Positions 39,112 through 52,157 of a stretch of 64,000 nucleotides of DNA are shown one piece after another. Source of the DNA: the human T2T-CHM13v2.0 reference genome, Homo sapiens; NCBI RefSeq assembly GCF_009914755.1, contig NC_060931.1; one strand, 5' to 3'. Position 1 is the stretch's first letter, and the number at the start of each line of letters is the position of its first letter. The notes beneath the pieces are model-generated. The model was given only the letters and a program-made list of their open reading frames with translations, had not been told where the DNA came from and did not search any database. The position numbers were made by a program, and so were the translations under genes.

Positions 39112-39239
39112 TAGAAACTATTTAACTGGAACTAGAGGGAATGGGTGTGAGATCGCAGGCACCCTGGGAATTAGCAAAGATCTTAGAGTGGGCTTGGGCT
39201 TTCTTCCCCAGTCTGCAGAGCGGGGCAGGGTGGCCCTGG

Positions 39240-42200
39240 CTATATTTGAGCTGCATAAAGATTACCTTCTTTATAAATGGGAGACAAGTGGGATGGAGTC
39301 ATCTCCTTGGTCTCTAAAACCACAGAGCCCAGAGTGGTAGGATAAGGGCATAAATTCTCCAAGTGGGTCATGGGATGGGATGGTGGTAAAAGGGTCCACT
39401 GCTTCCGGCCCTTGGGTCCCAGGCCCACGTTTTCCACCTAAGGGGGATGCAGCACCACACAAATGCCTTTGCTTAGAATGTGCCCTGGGCCCCAGAGGAA
39501 GGCACCCCATCTTCACATGGTGTCACCTCTGAGCTGGAACTTCAGCCATTCCATTGCCTTGTCAGCGGGCAGCTGAGGAATAATGTGGTTTGCGCTATGA
39601 CACATGGATCTTCGGATAATGTGCCCACCTCCTTTGCTGCAAAGTCGTCTGATAATAGTGCTGTCTGAGGCCCTGTGGGCAGAAAACACAAATCCATACT
39701 TGGAATATGTATATTCTGTCAAGTTGAATCTCTGTCCCCACAGGGTGCTAAGGGTTTAATATAACTTGCCACCATATGACTGGTTGGTCTTCTCAAAGGG
39801 TGGTGCCATATTGGGGACTGAGCGCTGGTTTCTCATCTGGGCAGGTTGGGTGTTCGGAGGTGGCAGAGTTCAGCGTGGGTGGGTGGGAGGGCACACTGTT
39901 GGGCTCATGCACAGCTTCTGTGTGCTACAACAGCTCCTCCATTCACGAATCTGCAGAACTTGCCCAGGGATGCCAAGACAGGCTGGCTGTCATTTTCTCT
40001 GTAGGTGAATGTGTAATATGAACAAAAACTTCCCAAGGACCCCTTTTGTTGTTTAGTGTCTCATCTTTAATGGCTCCTTTCTGGTGTGTATGAATGTGTA
40101 ATATAAAGATAGTCACACTTTGTGCCAAGTTCCACGTGTCTACCCATATCCTTCTATCTTGCTGTCCCCATTGGTCCAACCTTTCTCCTTCCAGTCCCCT
40201 GACCAGCCAGCCGTTTGTCATTGCCATGAATGCAACGATACTCTTATTTTGGGCCCATCTTCTTTCCACGTAAAGTGGAAAACCAAGTGCCCTTCTTAAA
40301 GTGTTTCCCACAAGGAGGATTTTTCATCACCACTGTCCTTCAAGGACACCCATGAATGGGGCTGTGGATGCCGTTGCTGTCCATTTTCAGCTTGCTCTCA
40401 CATACCAACCTGGCCCATTTGTAAAAACAGCTTGGACGTTTTCCTCTTCTGCCAGCTGGCCAGAGGGAGAGATGGTGAGGTGAAGTGGTGGGGGACGTGA
40501 GAGTTGGGCTACCTGCTCTTTTGGCTTGTTTGGGTACTCAACCTGTTCATGCATCATTGCATGGGTATCTCCTTCCACCTCAGGATGAATTCCTGCAGGC
40601 TTCAGCCTACATTATGCTTTGTGGGTTGGACAGAACCCAGCTCAGGATGGCCTGCTCTGGTCACGTAACAGGGCATCCTATGTGCCTCTTCTCAACCAAG
40701 CCTCAGTAGCACAGCAGGAGCTGCTTATTAAAGAGCATTTAGTTCTCTGCTGAAAATACCATGGCCATACTCCAGAACCTTGGGGATCTAAGTTTGGTTC
40801 TCCCATTGGAGCTCACCATTAACACCACACAGCATATTTTCCTTCCATGGAAATTATAAGCTCTGGTGAGTGCCACAGTCCCAACAACAGAGCTATTTGC
40901 ACCGCAGAAGCTGGAATCTCTGCAGAGTTCCTTCCTGCTTTGAACCTCCCTCCAAGCTGGCAGCTGTTTGTGTTCTCCATGACATAGTTTGGGGCAGTAA
41001 CCATAGTTATGGAAGCTGTCGTCTCCAGAACTCCAAGGCTCCAACCAGGGTTCTTTCTAGTGATTAGAGGCTCAACATGCAATAATTCATTCTTTATTTT
41101 GGAGAAGAAGTTGTAGAAATCCCAGACCAATGGGCCTTTAATATTTTTCTGATGTGGTGGACCTGAGTCTTCCTAGCAAAGGTGCCATATCTGGTCCAGT
41201 CCCTGCAACTGGGGCTACTATTTGGTTGAGTTTGTGGCATCCCACTGTTATCTTCAGGACTTGTTTGTTTGTTGTAGGGACCAGAACTGGTAAATTAAGT
41301 AAAAACTGCACCTTTCAAATTTTTAAGAGTGGCTATAATGTCTACTATTTCCCCTAGGATGTGAAATTGTCTTTGATTTGCTATCTTGGCCAGGGTGGGG
41401 TATAGTTTTAGATGTTTCCATTGGTTTTCCCCGGTGCAATAACTCTTACCACAGAGGCCAAAGCACCAACGTGGGGCTTGTGCCCATTATTAAGAATGGT
41501 GATTCCACTGTGCATCCATAAAAAGGAATGAGATCATGTCCTCTGCAGGGACATGGATGAAGCTGGAATCCATCATCCTCAGCAAACTAACACAGGAACA
41601 GAAAACCAAACACCATATGTTCTTACTCATAAGTGGGAGTTGAACGATGAGAACACATGGACACAGGGAGGGGAACAACACACACCGGGGCCAGTCAGGG
41701 GGTGGGAGGTGAGAGAAGAGAGAGCATTAGGGCAAATAGCTAATGCATGAGGGGCTTAAAACCTAGATGATGGGTTGATAGGTGCATCAAACCACCATGA
41801 CACACATATACCTATGTAACAAACCTACACATTCTGCACTTGTATCCCAGAAATTAAAGTTAAAAAAATAAATAAAATAAAGGATAGCAATTCCAATCAC
41901 ATAGTCAACAGTGAGGAAAATGGCTACCCGGTGGGCCCACAGACCCAGTGGATCTACTGTGAGCCAGCCCTGGGCCAGGAGTCCATTGATTTCCCGCCCT
42001 CCATATCCCACCTCTAACTTGGGGCTAAGGATGAAGCTCTGGAGCTTTGCCTCTCAGTGCCAATTTGGACCCTGCGTCTACCAGTCCTTGACATGTTTGG
42101 GTTTTTCCCTGCCCCCAGTGCATGTTTACCTGAGTAAATGGAGCAAATCTCTTTGAGGAAGGCTGTGGAATTGTTGTCACGTGCGCTTGACTTGTTGTCA

Positions 42201-42660
42201 CAGGGTCTTCATCCTGGAAACTCGACCTCTCTGTCAGTTGGTGGGATCTGACTTTGAAAACTTGTTCGGGTCTAGCAACTGGGTAAAGGATGAGGACCTT
42301 TTCACTGGGATGACTGCCCTTAGCCATCTTCGATTTTGTTTGATTGTACATGTTGGTCAGTACCTTTGATAGCTGTCCATTCATTCTGTCCCTAGGGTTA
42401 CTGTGTCCTGTCACCTGTCTCCATTAATGTTCAGACTCTGCTGTCACTGTATTAGTAACCACCTAGCTTTTGTGATGACTGACCACAACCACCTTCTCCA
42501 TTGTTTGGGGCACCTGTTGGCCTCACTGCTGTCTGTGAATTCAGTTCTGTGATGTTCTATTTTATCATCATCCCTTGGCTATGGAGGACGGTCCCAACAC
42601 CAGTGCATTCTTCATCACTTTGCTGAAAGGTGTGTTCTTCAGGTCCTCCGCCAGAGCAGT
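39240..42660 (-). mobile_element. Decayed ERVL-class internal region (gag-end/protease/RT/RNase H/integrase remnants)
   Basis: Minus-frame peptides resemble HERV-L: FTQVNMHWGQGKTQTCQGLVDAGSKL and YGGREINGLLAQGWLTVDPLG (protease), GQLAEEENVQAVFTNG and VTIFILHIHTHQK..LNNK (RNase H); many frameshifts. Confidence 0.85.
41508..41879 (+). mobile_element. 5'-truncated L1PA 3' end inserted in the ERVL
   Basis: ataaaaaggaatgagatcatgtcc ... cttaaaacctagatgatgggttgataggtgc ... A tail; degenerate 16-bp TSD aagaatggtgattcca/aaggatagcaattcca. Confidence 0.92.
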
Positions 42661-42769
42661 CTTCCGGGGGGTTTTCTGGGCTAAGAGTGGACCCACTGCA
42701 GCATGCACACGGTGATGCTTCTACATGCCAAGGAGCACCAAAGATTGCCAGCAAACCACCACAAATCTC

Positions 42770-43496
42770 AGTTCATTTTCCAGGGCTGCTGTCACAAACT
42801 ACCACAAACTAGGTGGCTCAAACTACAGAAATGTATCATCTCACAACTCTGGAGGCTAAAAGTGTGAGATGAAGGTGTCAGAGGCCTGGCTCCTTCTGAG
42901 AGCTCTGAGTGAAGGGTTTGTTCTGGGCCACTCTCCTTGGCCTGTGGATGGTGGTCTTCTCCCTGCGTCTTCACAGCATCATCCCTCTATGCATCTATCT
43001 TCAAATTTTCCCTTCTTTTTTTTTTTTAGACGGAGTCTCGCTCCGTTGCCCAGACTGGAGTGCAGTGGCGCAATCTCAGCTTACTTCAAGCTCCACCTCC
43101 CGGGTTCATGCCGTTCTCCTACCTCAGCCTCCTGAGTAGCTGGGATTACAGGCGCCCGACACCACGCCTGGGTAATTTTTTGTATTTTTAGCAGAGACGG
43201 GGTTTCACCATGTTAGCCAGGATGGTCTCGATCTCCTGACCTCGTGATCTGCCTGCGTCGGCCTCCCAAAGTGCTGGGATTACAGGTGTGAGCCACTGTG
43301 CCTGGCCAAATTTTCCCTTCTTAAAAGAACACCGGTCATATTGGATTAGGAACTCTACTCAGCTCCAGAACGACCTCACCTTTACTTCACTAATTACATC
43401 TGCAAAGGCCTTGTTTCCAAATAAGATCACTTTCTGAGGTGCTGCGGGTTAGGACCTCAACATATGGATTTTGGAGGACACAATTCATACATAACA
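42770..43496 (-). mobile_element. MLT1 (A-C type) LTR interrupted by an Alu
   Basis: agggctgctgtcacaaactaccacaaactaggtggct ... ggacacaattcatacataaca. Confidence 0.85.
43018..43307 (-). mobile_element. AluY/Sc-like SINE
   Basis: Full dimer; 15-bp TSD aaattttcccttctt (43003-43017, 43308-43322). Confidence 0.95.
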
Positions 43497-44121
43497 ATAT
43501 GTATGGTAGCAACGATTATTAAACACCTTTTATAAATTCATGACTTCAAAGGAAGAGCTCCTGAATCCCGGTTTTGGGACGCAGGGAACATTACCCCAGT
43601 GGTAGTGGCCCATGTACCCCCACATTCTGTACTACGGGACACACGGGCAAGCCTCCAGCTTCTTGGAGGATGGACCCACGTGGGTGACATCTGCAGGTAT
43701 AGAATGAAGTACAGGCAAGAGGAGAGCAGGAAATGATTAATGAATATTCATAAACTGTGATTTTTTTTTGGATTTTAAAAAGATGCTTTCTTAAACTTGT
43801 CTTCTTTTTATATTCTCTTCGATATGTTGCCTCAAGCACAAAAATGAGGAAAATTACTGCACTAACAATCTGATGAAAAAGTTGGACTGTTGGCTTTCCT
43901 CAGCTGATTTGTGGTCACTACTGGGCTCTCGTTGTCTTCTTGAAGTCTCACTTTAGCTCCTGCCAATCAGACAGCCTCAAAGCCCAGTGTCGGGCAGTTT
44001 GGATCTGAGTCAAGCAGTAATCAGAGCGGTTAGGCTTAGTCAGTATTCTCTGAATGAAAATTTTGCCGATGAACCTTTTTCTGCAGAGCAGAAGTGGCTG
44101 GGCACCCTTGCGAGATGAGAA

Positions 44122-44136
44122 CCACCAGATGGCGCT
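44122..44136 (+). promoter_or_regulatory. Candidate CTCF site
   Basis: CCACCAGATGGCGCT fits the CTCF core CCASYAGRKGGCRS fully; lies in non-repeat sequence. Confidence 0.7.
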
Positions 44137-44149
44137 GAATCCTCAATAA

Positions 44150-44610
<461 letters not shown>

Positions 44611-44861
44611 CTACTTTCATACATATACTTTTAAAAAGTGTGTGTGTGTGTATAGAGGCAGGGGCTCAGGGAGCCAAAGTACGCAGGAGTCATAATGGGG
44701 ACCCGGCCTGGTTGTTTTTCTGTATCATACGTGGGATGTGGATCAAAAGTGTCAGTGAATTTCATGTCAGGTCCAGGCGTGTCTCTCTTTGTGGACGTCT
44801 TTCAATTGTATGCATTCATGTATTTGTTTAACTCAATAGGTCCCTTCTCAGTCACATGTTC

Positions 44862-45187
44862 TTTTTTTGTTTGTTTTTGTTTTTGTTTTTTGAGACCAGG
44901 TCTCTCTCTGTTGCCCAGGCTGGAGTGAGGTGTGATCTCGGCTCACTTCAACCTCTGCCTCCCAGGCTCAGAGGATCCTCTCACCCCAGCCTCCCAAGTA
45001 GCTGGGACTACAGGTATGAGCCACCAAACCCAGCTTAAATATATATATATATATATATTTTTTTTTTTTGTAGAGAAGTGGTTTGCCATGTTGCCCAGGC
45101 TGGTCTCCAACTCCTGAGCTCAAGCGATCCACCCATCTTGGTCTCCCAGAGTGCTGGGATTACAGGCGTGAGCCACTGCACCCAGCC
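44862..45187 (-). mobile_element. AluJ-type SINE with (TA)n grown from the linker
   Basis: ctcctgagctcaagcgatcc; (TA)n at 45040-45058; TSD cacatgt[t/c]ctttt. Confidence 0.9.
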
Positions 45188-45970
45188 CCACATGTCCTTT
45201 TGATTCTACTTCCTAAATGTCTCTCCAGTCTGTCACCTTCTCTGTAAATCCACTGTGGTCACCTTCATTCAGGCCACTGGTACGTTTCTCCTGGACTTTT
45301 ACAATAGCTTCCCGTTGGGCGTTTTGTTTCCAGCCTTGTCTTCTACATATATATCCAAGGCAATCTTCTAAAAATCAAATCTGCTCATGTCAGTTTTTTG
45401 CTTTAAAACTCTCTGTGACTCTTTGCTGCCTAAAGTGGCTGTTTCTGAGGTAGGGTGTGTGTCCTCGAGGAAGCAGGTAAGGTAATTCATGGGAGCGTAG
45501 AAGAAAAACAGAACCCTTGTTTGTATTTACCTTTAATTTGATCCTTTAAACACTTGTATTTTTTGTATGCTTTATTTATTTACACAATACATGTACATTA
45601 TTCATAAATATAACATGTATTATATTGGGAAAGGTATGGGTACCTTTCTTTTTTTCTTCACCAAAAGGATGCATCATCAAAAGTGTTTGGAGACCTTAAG
45701 AATGATGTCCAAATTCATTAGAATCACAATAGGCCTCTCTGATATGAATCAGATTTACCTTCGAGATCTTACCTGCTTAGTTCTAGCCGCACAGGACATC
45801 CCAGCTGTAAGCTCTTAAGCTTTCATGCATTTATGAACATTCCATACACAGAATGCACCTCCCCAATCATCATTCCTCACCTAATCAACTCCAACTCCTC
45901 CTTCACCATCCAGCTCCCTGGGATCCTCTCAGAGTTCCTCTCTCCTGTGTGCTGCCTTAGCTGCCTTAGC

Positions 45971-47181
45971 GTAGGTTGGTGCAAAAGTCATTGCGGTTTT
46001 AGACCGTGAATTTTAAATCATTAGAACTAGACTCAAACACATCTTCATTAATCAAAACAGGAACCATTGCAATCAACACATTTTTGCCAATGATTAATAA
46101 GTTTGTTTATTCCTGCAGTGTAAAAATCCATGCTTCGGGATTCGACGAACTCTTGGAATGCATTTTCTGCATCCTGCTTGTTGGGGAAGCATTTTCCCTG
46201 CAAAAAGTTATCGAGATGCTTGAAGAAGTGGTAGTCAGTTGGCGAGAAGTCCGGTGAATGTGGCAGATGAGGCAAAACTTTGTAGCCCAATTTGTTCAAC
46301 TTTTGAAACTTTGGTTGTGCATTGTCATGAAGAAGAATTGGGCCCTTTCTGTTGACCAATGCCGGCTGCAGGCATTGCAGTTTTCGGTGCATCTCATCAG
46401 TTTGCTGAGCATACTTTTCAGATATAATGGTTCCGCTGGGATTCAGAAAGCTGCAGTGGATCAGACCGGCCGTAGACCACCAAACAGTGACCAGGACCTT
46501 TTTTGGTGCAGGTTTGGCTTTGGAAGTGCTTCAAAGCTTCTTGTGGGTCCAGTCACTGAGCTGGTCATCACCAATTGTTGTATAAAAGCCACTTTTTGTC
46601 GCATGTGGCAATCCAATTGAGAAATGGTTTGCCGTTGCGTTGAATAAGAGAAGACACTTCAAAATGATGATTTTCTTGATTTTCGATCAGCTCATGAGGC
46701 ACCCACTTATCGGGCTTTGTCACCTTTCCAATATGCCTCAAATGCTGATGTTGAGTTCTTCAGCAACTTCTTGTGTGGTTGTAAGAGGATCAGCTTCAAT
46801 GACTGCTCTTAGTTTGTCATTGTCAACTTCCAATGGCCCACCACTACGCTCCTTGTCTCCTTGAACTGCCACTGCACTGTACATTCGTTAGCAGTTCCTG
46901 GGCCAAATGCATTGTCGATGTTACGAGTTGTCTCTGCTATTTTACGACCCATTTTGAACTCGAATAAGAAAATCACTTGAATTTGCTTTATGTCTAACAT
47001 CATTTCTATAGTTTAAATACACATAAAATAAACAGCAAGTGATAAGTCATTAGCAAACATAAAGCGAGAAATGTCCATTAAAATGATGTATAACATAACC
47101 ACATTTATTTAAGAATGTATTCCAGTATTATACAGCAAATTCCAACAATTCAAAAACTGCAATTATTTTGCACTCACCTAT
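45971..47181 (-). mobile_element. Near full-length Hsmar1 mariner transposon
   Basis: TIRs taggttggtgcaaaagtcattgcggtttt ... aaaaactgcaattattttgcactcaccta; transposase peptides in minus frames. Confidence 0.96.
46048..47009 (-). pseudogene. Hsmar1 transposase pseudogene (frameshifted; first ATG changed to ATA)
   Basis: MMLDIKQIQVIFLFEFKMGRK, KWVPHEL, IATCDKKW, LLHDNA, SPDFSPTDYHFFKHLDNFL, WQKCVDCNGS spread across different frames. Confidence 0.93.
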
Positions 47182-47311
47182 TTGTTTCATTTTATTTTTC
47201 TTTTACCATGTGAGGAGCACGTTTTTGTGTGACTACATTTATAGAGCAGCTATTAGATGCAGGGCACAGTGTGAGTCCATTTCTATATGTCATTTCAATT
47301 CATCTGTCCTC

Positions 47312-47424
47312 TAAGTGACCAACTCATCTTGATATGCCTGGGATTTTCTGGGTTTTAGCACTGGAAGTTCTGTGTCCCAGGATGCCCTTCAGTCTCAGGC
47401 AAACCAGGACGAGTGGTCAACCTA
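47312..47424. mobile_element. MER81-like hAT-Blackjack element
   Basis: gtgaccaactcatc ... ggttttagcactggaagt ... caggcaaaccaggacgagtggtcaaccta. Confidence 0.7.
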
Positions 47425-47862
47425 TAAAATAATCCATCATGCAGATGAGAAAATCAAGGCTCAGAGAAGTTTTAAGAACTTAGCTGAGCTCAAGAAGCTA
47501 ATTAGGGGTGGGACCTGGCTGTATCCCTCAGAAAATCCGTGCTCTGTCCATCATGTTGTCATGCTGCCTGTTCATGGGCAGGGACTGGTCTCATTTCACT
47601 TTGTATCTTCATGCCTGCTGTGATCCCTGGCATATCTGATGAATGCATGAATGAGGTCACCAATACATAATCAAACATTTATTACATAGCGACCCCATGA
47701 ACTAACTAAGGCATGCCTCCTCCCATCCTGTGATTCTGCATAGTCACAGAATGTTAGAAAATCCGACTCAGAGATGATGACTTGCCCAAGGTCACGGTGC
47801 CAGAAGGATGGTAGAGTGGGAGCAGAACCTGTGTTTCCTGACTCATACTCCAGGGATCTTTC

Positions 47863-48163
47863 TTTTCTTTTTTTCTTTTTTTTGGAGATGGAGTCTCACT
47901 CTGTCACCCAGGCTGGGGTGCAGTGGCGCCATCTCGGCTCACTGCAACTCCGCCTCCCGGGTACATGCCATTTTCCTGCCTCAGCCTCCCGAGTAGGTGG
48001 GACTACAGGTGTCTGCCACCACGCCCGGCTAATTTTTTGTATTTTTAGTAGAGACGGGGTTTCACCGTGTTAGCCAGGGTGGGTCGATCTCCTGACCTTG
48101 TGATCCACCTGCCTCGGCCTCCAAAAGTGCTGGGATTACAGGCATGAGCCACTGCACCCGGCT
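47863..48163 (-). mobile_element. AluY-like SINE
   Basis: Full dimer; 10-bp TSD gggatctttc. Confidence 0.95.
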
Positions 48164-49949
48164 GGGATCTTTCAATTAGAGCTCTACATGAAATAAACTG
48201 AGGGGCAGAGGAAATAATGAGAGAAGACTGGGCTCTTTTCAACATCTAGCCGAAGACACTAAAGCAGCTCTGAAATGCCAGCATTTGCACTGTTTAAAAA
48301 ACCCAAAGATTGGGAACTTATTTTCTTAAAAGGAAAGAAGAGTAACATGGTCAAAAAGGAGTGTTTTCCTCATCGGGAGGGCTTTGTACTGGAAAGAAAC
48401 GGAGGAACTGCCACATTTGGCACCCAGAAGGATGCCTTTTTTTTTTTCTGTGTGAATCCTCCCCACTCCCACCTCAGCCCACCCCGCAACAGTCAAGCTT
48501 TGGGTCCAAACCAATCTGGCATCTCTAAAATGGAAGCACTGTTTGGAGACAAAGTGGCCAGGCACTGCCGGCCAGAGAAAGGACAATGCCCCACACCCAC
48601 GGCCTGCCCGCACTGAAATGCCTATTTATCTCCATTTTTATCGACATCTCTTGGCTTCCAGGCCCTGTTTGTGCTTTGTCCTTGGTCCTTACTGACCTAT
48701 TGGATTCGGAGGGGAAGCTCAGCCGCAGGCAAATGGGTATTTTAATCCACAATGGAAAACATGGGTTCCTCTAGCGCCACTGGCAGCTCCCAGCATCTTG
48801 ACCCTGACCTTTTCAGCAGCGTGTGGCCACACACTCTACCCAGGCCAAAGAACGAAAGGGCCCCAGGGCACACACTGGGGCCAAGAAAAGGAATCGAATG
48901 GTGGAATGTTGCTGACTTTTCCTTCTGGATCTGCCTTTGAGACTCTTGCATGGGAAAAAAGGGTGAAGAAGGGGCAGAAGCAAAGCTTAGTCTTTGTCTG
49001 ATTCAGTCTTTGCACTCCCCCTGCCCCCTCCTCTGGCAGGCCATGGAGGCCACACCTGGCACACCTGGGCATGTTCCAGATGCTTATAAAGGTCCAGGGA
49101 AGCAGGGCTGCTCAGTCATTGTGAGGATCTGGGAAATTCTCAGTCCTCATGGGTTCTGTGAGCAGCCAAGGTGATCAGCCCTGACAGGATGGTCAGGATG
49201 GCAGTGAAGAGGCTTGATTGATTGACAGGTGAGCAGACGATGGGACTCTCGGCAGCCCTAATCAGCGAGAGAGTTGCTTCTGAGCACAGCTCAGCTAATG
49301 TCCCACGCTGTTCCAGAGCCTCAAGGAAGAATGGGCTGACGGTGGTCCCAGGCCTCCTAGACCAAGTGCAGCTGGCGCAGACCTCTGGCGTGGTTGACTC
49401 GGAACCTGTTCTGGGAACGTGAACTTGGATTCACCTTAGCAATAAGTGCTCAGGAATGTGTTGGAATTGCTGCCAGCTCCTGGGACAGGCAGACCCCAGA
49501 ACACTGGAAGAGATCTGAAGCCCTGGCACCCCTACCAGCCCCATGGGCTCCACATTCAATCAAGCAGGTCATCGGTTATCTCTACCTTCACATGGCCTGG
49601 AAGCCCAGCAGGCAGGGTTTGCTCTGTGATATGACAATGCTGCTGAGTCTCCTGTCACTCACCGCAGCACCTCTGCGTAGTAAACGGCGTCTTTCCTGGG
49701 TCTATGACAGTTACCATAGCTCTTCCAGGACCACAGAAGTACCTACCTTGTTCTGGTTTTGTGATCAACACTGATACATAAATGTAAAGAAGGCAGCCGG
49801 TGCTTGAGGGGACATCTAGTGTATTGGGAGGTGAGGAGCAGGCCAACTAGTTCAGAGGCTCTGACTTGGTTGGAGAGGGGTAAACCCAGGTGTTACGAGG
49901 GTGCTTGGTTGGGGGGAATCTGGTGTAGGCTAGAGGGGCCAGTGCAGGT

Positions 49950-50874
49950 TTCCTGGGGGTGCTGAGACCTGGGGCATGAAGAAGAGTTACTTATGTGAGG
50001 AGGAGAGAGGAGCTCCAGGCCAGAAAGTCCACATCCACTACACCAGAAGCTCCACCCGTTCCGGAACCACACTCCCTGGACTGGCTCTGGAATGTACACC
50101 CATGTTTAGCACAGCGCCTCCTAGTGTTCCCAAGTCCCCACTCGCTACTTGGCTGTTGAACAAATAAGCTCAAAGGTCTGGAGGTGAGTGCCTGAACGTT
50201 TTAGCTGGGCTGGAGTGGACCTGAGGAATGTGTCCCCTGGGGTGTGGGGCAGGAACAGGGAGCAGAAGCCAGAGGTGAGGCTGGGGAAGGACAGTGGCTG
50301 GGAAGTTGCTTTTGGGCACTTGCACTTTCTCCTGAGGGCCAGCGGTCGGAGTGGGGGAAGACTGGAGACCTGCTTCTCCATCCTTTCCCTGCCCTCACTT
50401 TCTTCATTTTCTTAGGAGCCAACAGACCTGTGCAAACCTCAGCTTTCCCCAGTTCAGCTCCTTTTCCATCTTCTTGATTTCTGTATTTTTAAAAAAACAA
50501 GGCTGCATTATATTGTAGGAGAACAATAACCCACTGGACCACATCCTGGTAAGGAAGAGCTGCAAAGCCATGGCCTCATCACTGTAGACATAAGCTTCCA
50601 ACAGTGCCCCATTGTGGCATTTGATTTAACTCAGCCCTTCAAAAACATGCATTTCTGACTTAAATTCTGCACACCATCACCATATCCCCAGCAGATGTCG
50701 CTAACGTCTCACATTTTGGTCATGCCAGCAGCACGCATCTCAGGCAACAAATATTTATTAAGCAGCGAATGTGCATTGTGCACCAGGCTGAGCACTTTGT
50801 AGATAAAAATTCCTGGGGCATGACCCAGGACATGAAGAAAAGTTACTTAAGTGAGGAGGAGAGAAGAGATCCAG
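49950..50874 (+). repeat. Short dispersed direct repeat C (49950-50018 vs 50810-50874)
   Basis: catgaagaagagttacttatgtgaggaggagagaggagctccag vs catgaagaaaagttacttaagtgaggaggagagaagagatccag. Confidence 0.85.
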
Positions 50875-52157
50875 ATCATTTTTTGATGACAAAAGAAGGT
50901 AACATAAAAAAATAATGGACTGTCTGAAAAGTTCTTTCCCATTGAGGTACAAGTTTGTTTCTGGCTATGCAATGTGAAATTGGAACTGAATGTCTGGGAC
51001 CACCTCGAAGCTTGTTTCAAAGGCCTATTACTACGTGTCTTTTAGACAGATTTTATTTCAGCTTGCCTAATTGAAGCCTCTGGAATCTCTAATGACAGAA
51101 GTGTAATTCATATTTCTACATTTCTTCTGGAAAGGAAGGCCCGAATGAGAAGGCAGCACTAAACAAACCGTGAAGTCAAAGTTGAAGTATGGTTGCTAGA
51201 GGAAGAGTGTCGAGAGCCCCATGAGGTGGTTGCCCTCTGAGATGGCTTGTTGCCCAAGTGGGTGGTGTCTATTTTGTTGGACTTGAAGAGGTTCTGTGCA
51301 TCGAAGTTGCTCCACATGGCTGTGCTGACAATGCTTGGAGCTTGGACCTGGAGGTTTGAAGCATCATTATTGAGCAAGTATTCATCCAGCACAACACCCC
51401 AGCTCATAGAATGGCTTTGACTGGTGAAATCCCAGATGTGGATGATGTAGAAAGTCCCCTAAATCAAGCACACAAGTCAGACTTGGTACAAAGAGATTAT
51501 TGTTAGTTCCAATCCATGTCTATCTAGTGGACATCTCAAACCAAATATGTCCCGAACTGAGTTCCTGCTATTCTCCTTCAAACCTGCCATCTCCAAGGTC
51601 TTTTTCATTGCAATTAGTTGCAATTCCATGATTTCAGCTGGTCAAACCAAAAATCTTGTGGTTAACTCTTAACTTTCTCTTTCTCCATATCTAATTTATC
51701 AGCAAACCATATCAGATGTATCTTCCTAAATATATCCAGAATGACTCTATGTCATATCACCCCATGCCACCACCTGGTGGAAGTCACCATGGTATTTGCT
51801 TGTATTATTGCAATAAGCTCACGGATTTCCCTACTTCCACCTTTGCCCCTATTTGGTCTGAAATTCAGTAGCCAGAGTGGTCATGTCCTTCTCTGCTTAA
51901 AATCTTCCAGTGGTTTCTCATCTGACTTAAGGTAAACATCAAGGCTCCATGTGATCTGGCCCCAGTTATCTCTGACCTCCTCTGCTTCTCTTCCTTTCCT
52001 GACTGGCTCCAGCTGCACCAGGATCCTCGCTGGTTGCTGAACTCCAAGGGGCACACTCGACACCTTTGCACTTGATGTTCCCTCTGCCCAGAATGCTTTT
52101 CCCCCAGGGATTTGCATGGGTGGGTCCCTCACTTCCTTCAGGTCTTCCCAGCAAAGC

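Noticed and set aside
46048-47009. Possible SETMAR exon 3
   Set aside because: Both TIRs present, frameshifted, third catalytic residue is D rather than N; an independent Hsmar1 copy
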